NCBI RefSeq assembly: GCF_002113885.1 | Contig: NW_018408658.1 | Location: 267,972 to 331,971 of the forward strand | DNA: 64,000 nucleotides | Origin: Mizuhopecten yessoensis | Lineage: Eukaryota | Reading direction: 5' to 3' | Shown: positions 63,766 through 64,000 of the stretch, piece by piece | Layout of the letters: each line of letters opens with the position of its first letter | How positions within the stretch are numbered: position 1 is the stretch's first letter | Position numbers and translations under genes: made by a program | The notes under the pieces: model-generated | Seen by the model: the letters and a program-made list of their open reading frames with translations, nothing else | Database searches by the model: none | What the model was told of the DNA's origin: nothing

Positions 63766-64000
63766 TAGTGCATTGTAGCGTACAGTATTTTGTCAATGTG
63801 ATTTAATATCAATTTCAATTTGCTCCTAATTGATTGGTCGAAATGAAAATATCGTGCTGTATTTTTCATATCGTGTGATTTTACTAAATATGGTAATTAG
63901 ATATATTATGGCACTGCAAAGATATGTTTACTTCTGTTTACATCATCCGGACTGGGCGAGGGGGGAGGAGAGGGCAGTTTGAGGGACTTTGGTAACGACT

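Overview
Eukaryotic (animal) genomic DNA, AT-rich and intron-containing. The SINE types and TRIM architecture suggest a bivalve mollusc (inference). Four genes can be reconstructed by hand from splice sites and reading frames. (1) The 5' part of a P-glycoprotein/ABCB1 gene on the - strand: five coding exons at 5960-1168, a probable non-coding first exon and TATA box near 8.3 kb, continuing beyond the left edge. (2) A complete five-exon inositol hexakisphosphate kinase (IP6K) on the - strand (39891-27637, about 374 aa) whose third coding-region intron is a U12-type minor-spliceosome intron. (3) A RING/B-box/B-box/coiled-coil/NHL TRIM gene on the + strand (54187-56230) with three frame disruptions. 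(4) The last two exons of an unnamed - strand gene resembling the C-terminal half of a USP-fold protease, followed by an acidic 10-aa repeat tail. Roughly a quarter of the window is tandem repeat (about 13 arrays, units 22-74 bp). The rest holds decayed LINEs, a Penelope RT remnant, SINEs, MITEs and a 299-N gap. The most unusual observations are a minisatellite made of about 17 copies of an ABCB1 exon end plus its 5' splice site, a MITE whose left TIR has amplified into a satellite, a 6.4-kb multi-stage satellite upstream of ABCB1, the U12 intron, and the USP-like repeat protein. I see no CRISPR array or other prokaryote-type system, and I cannot claim a demonstrably new system.
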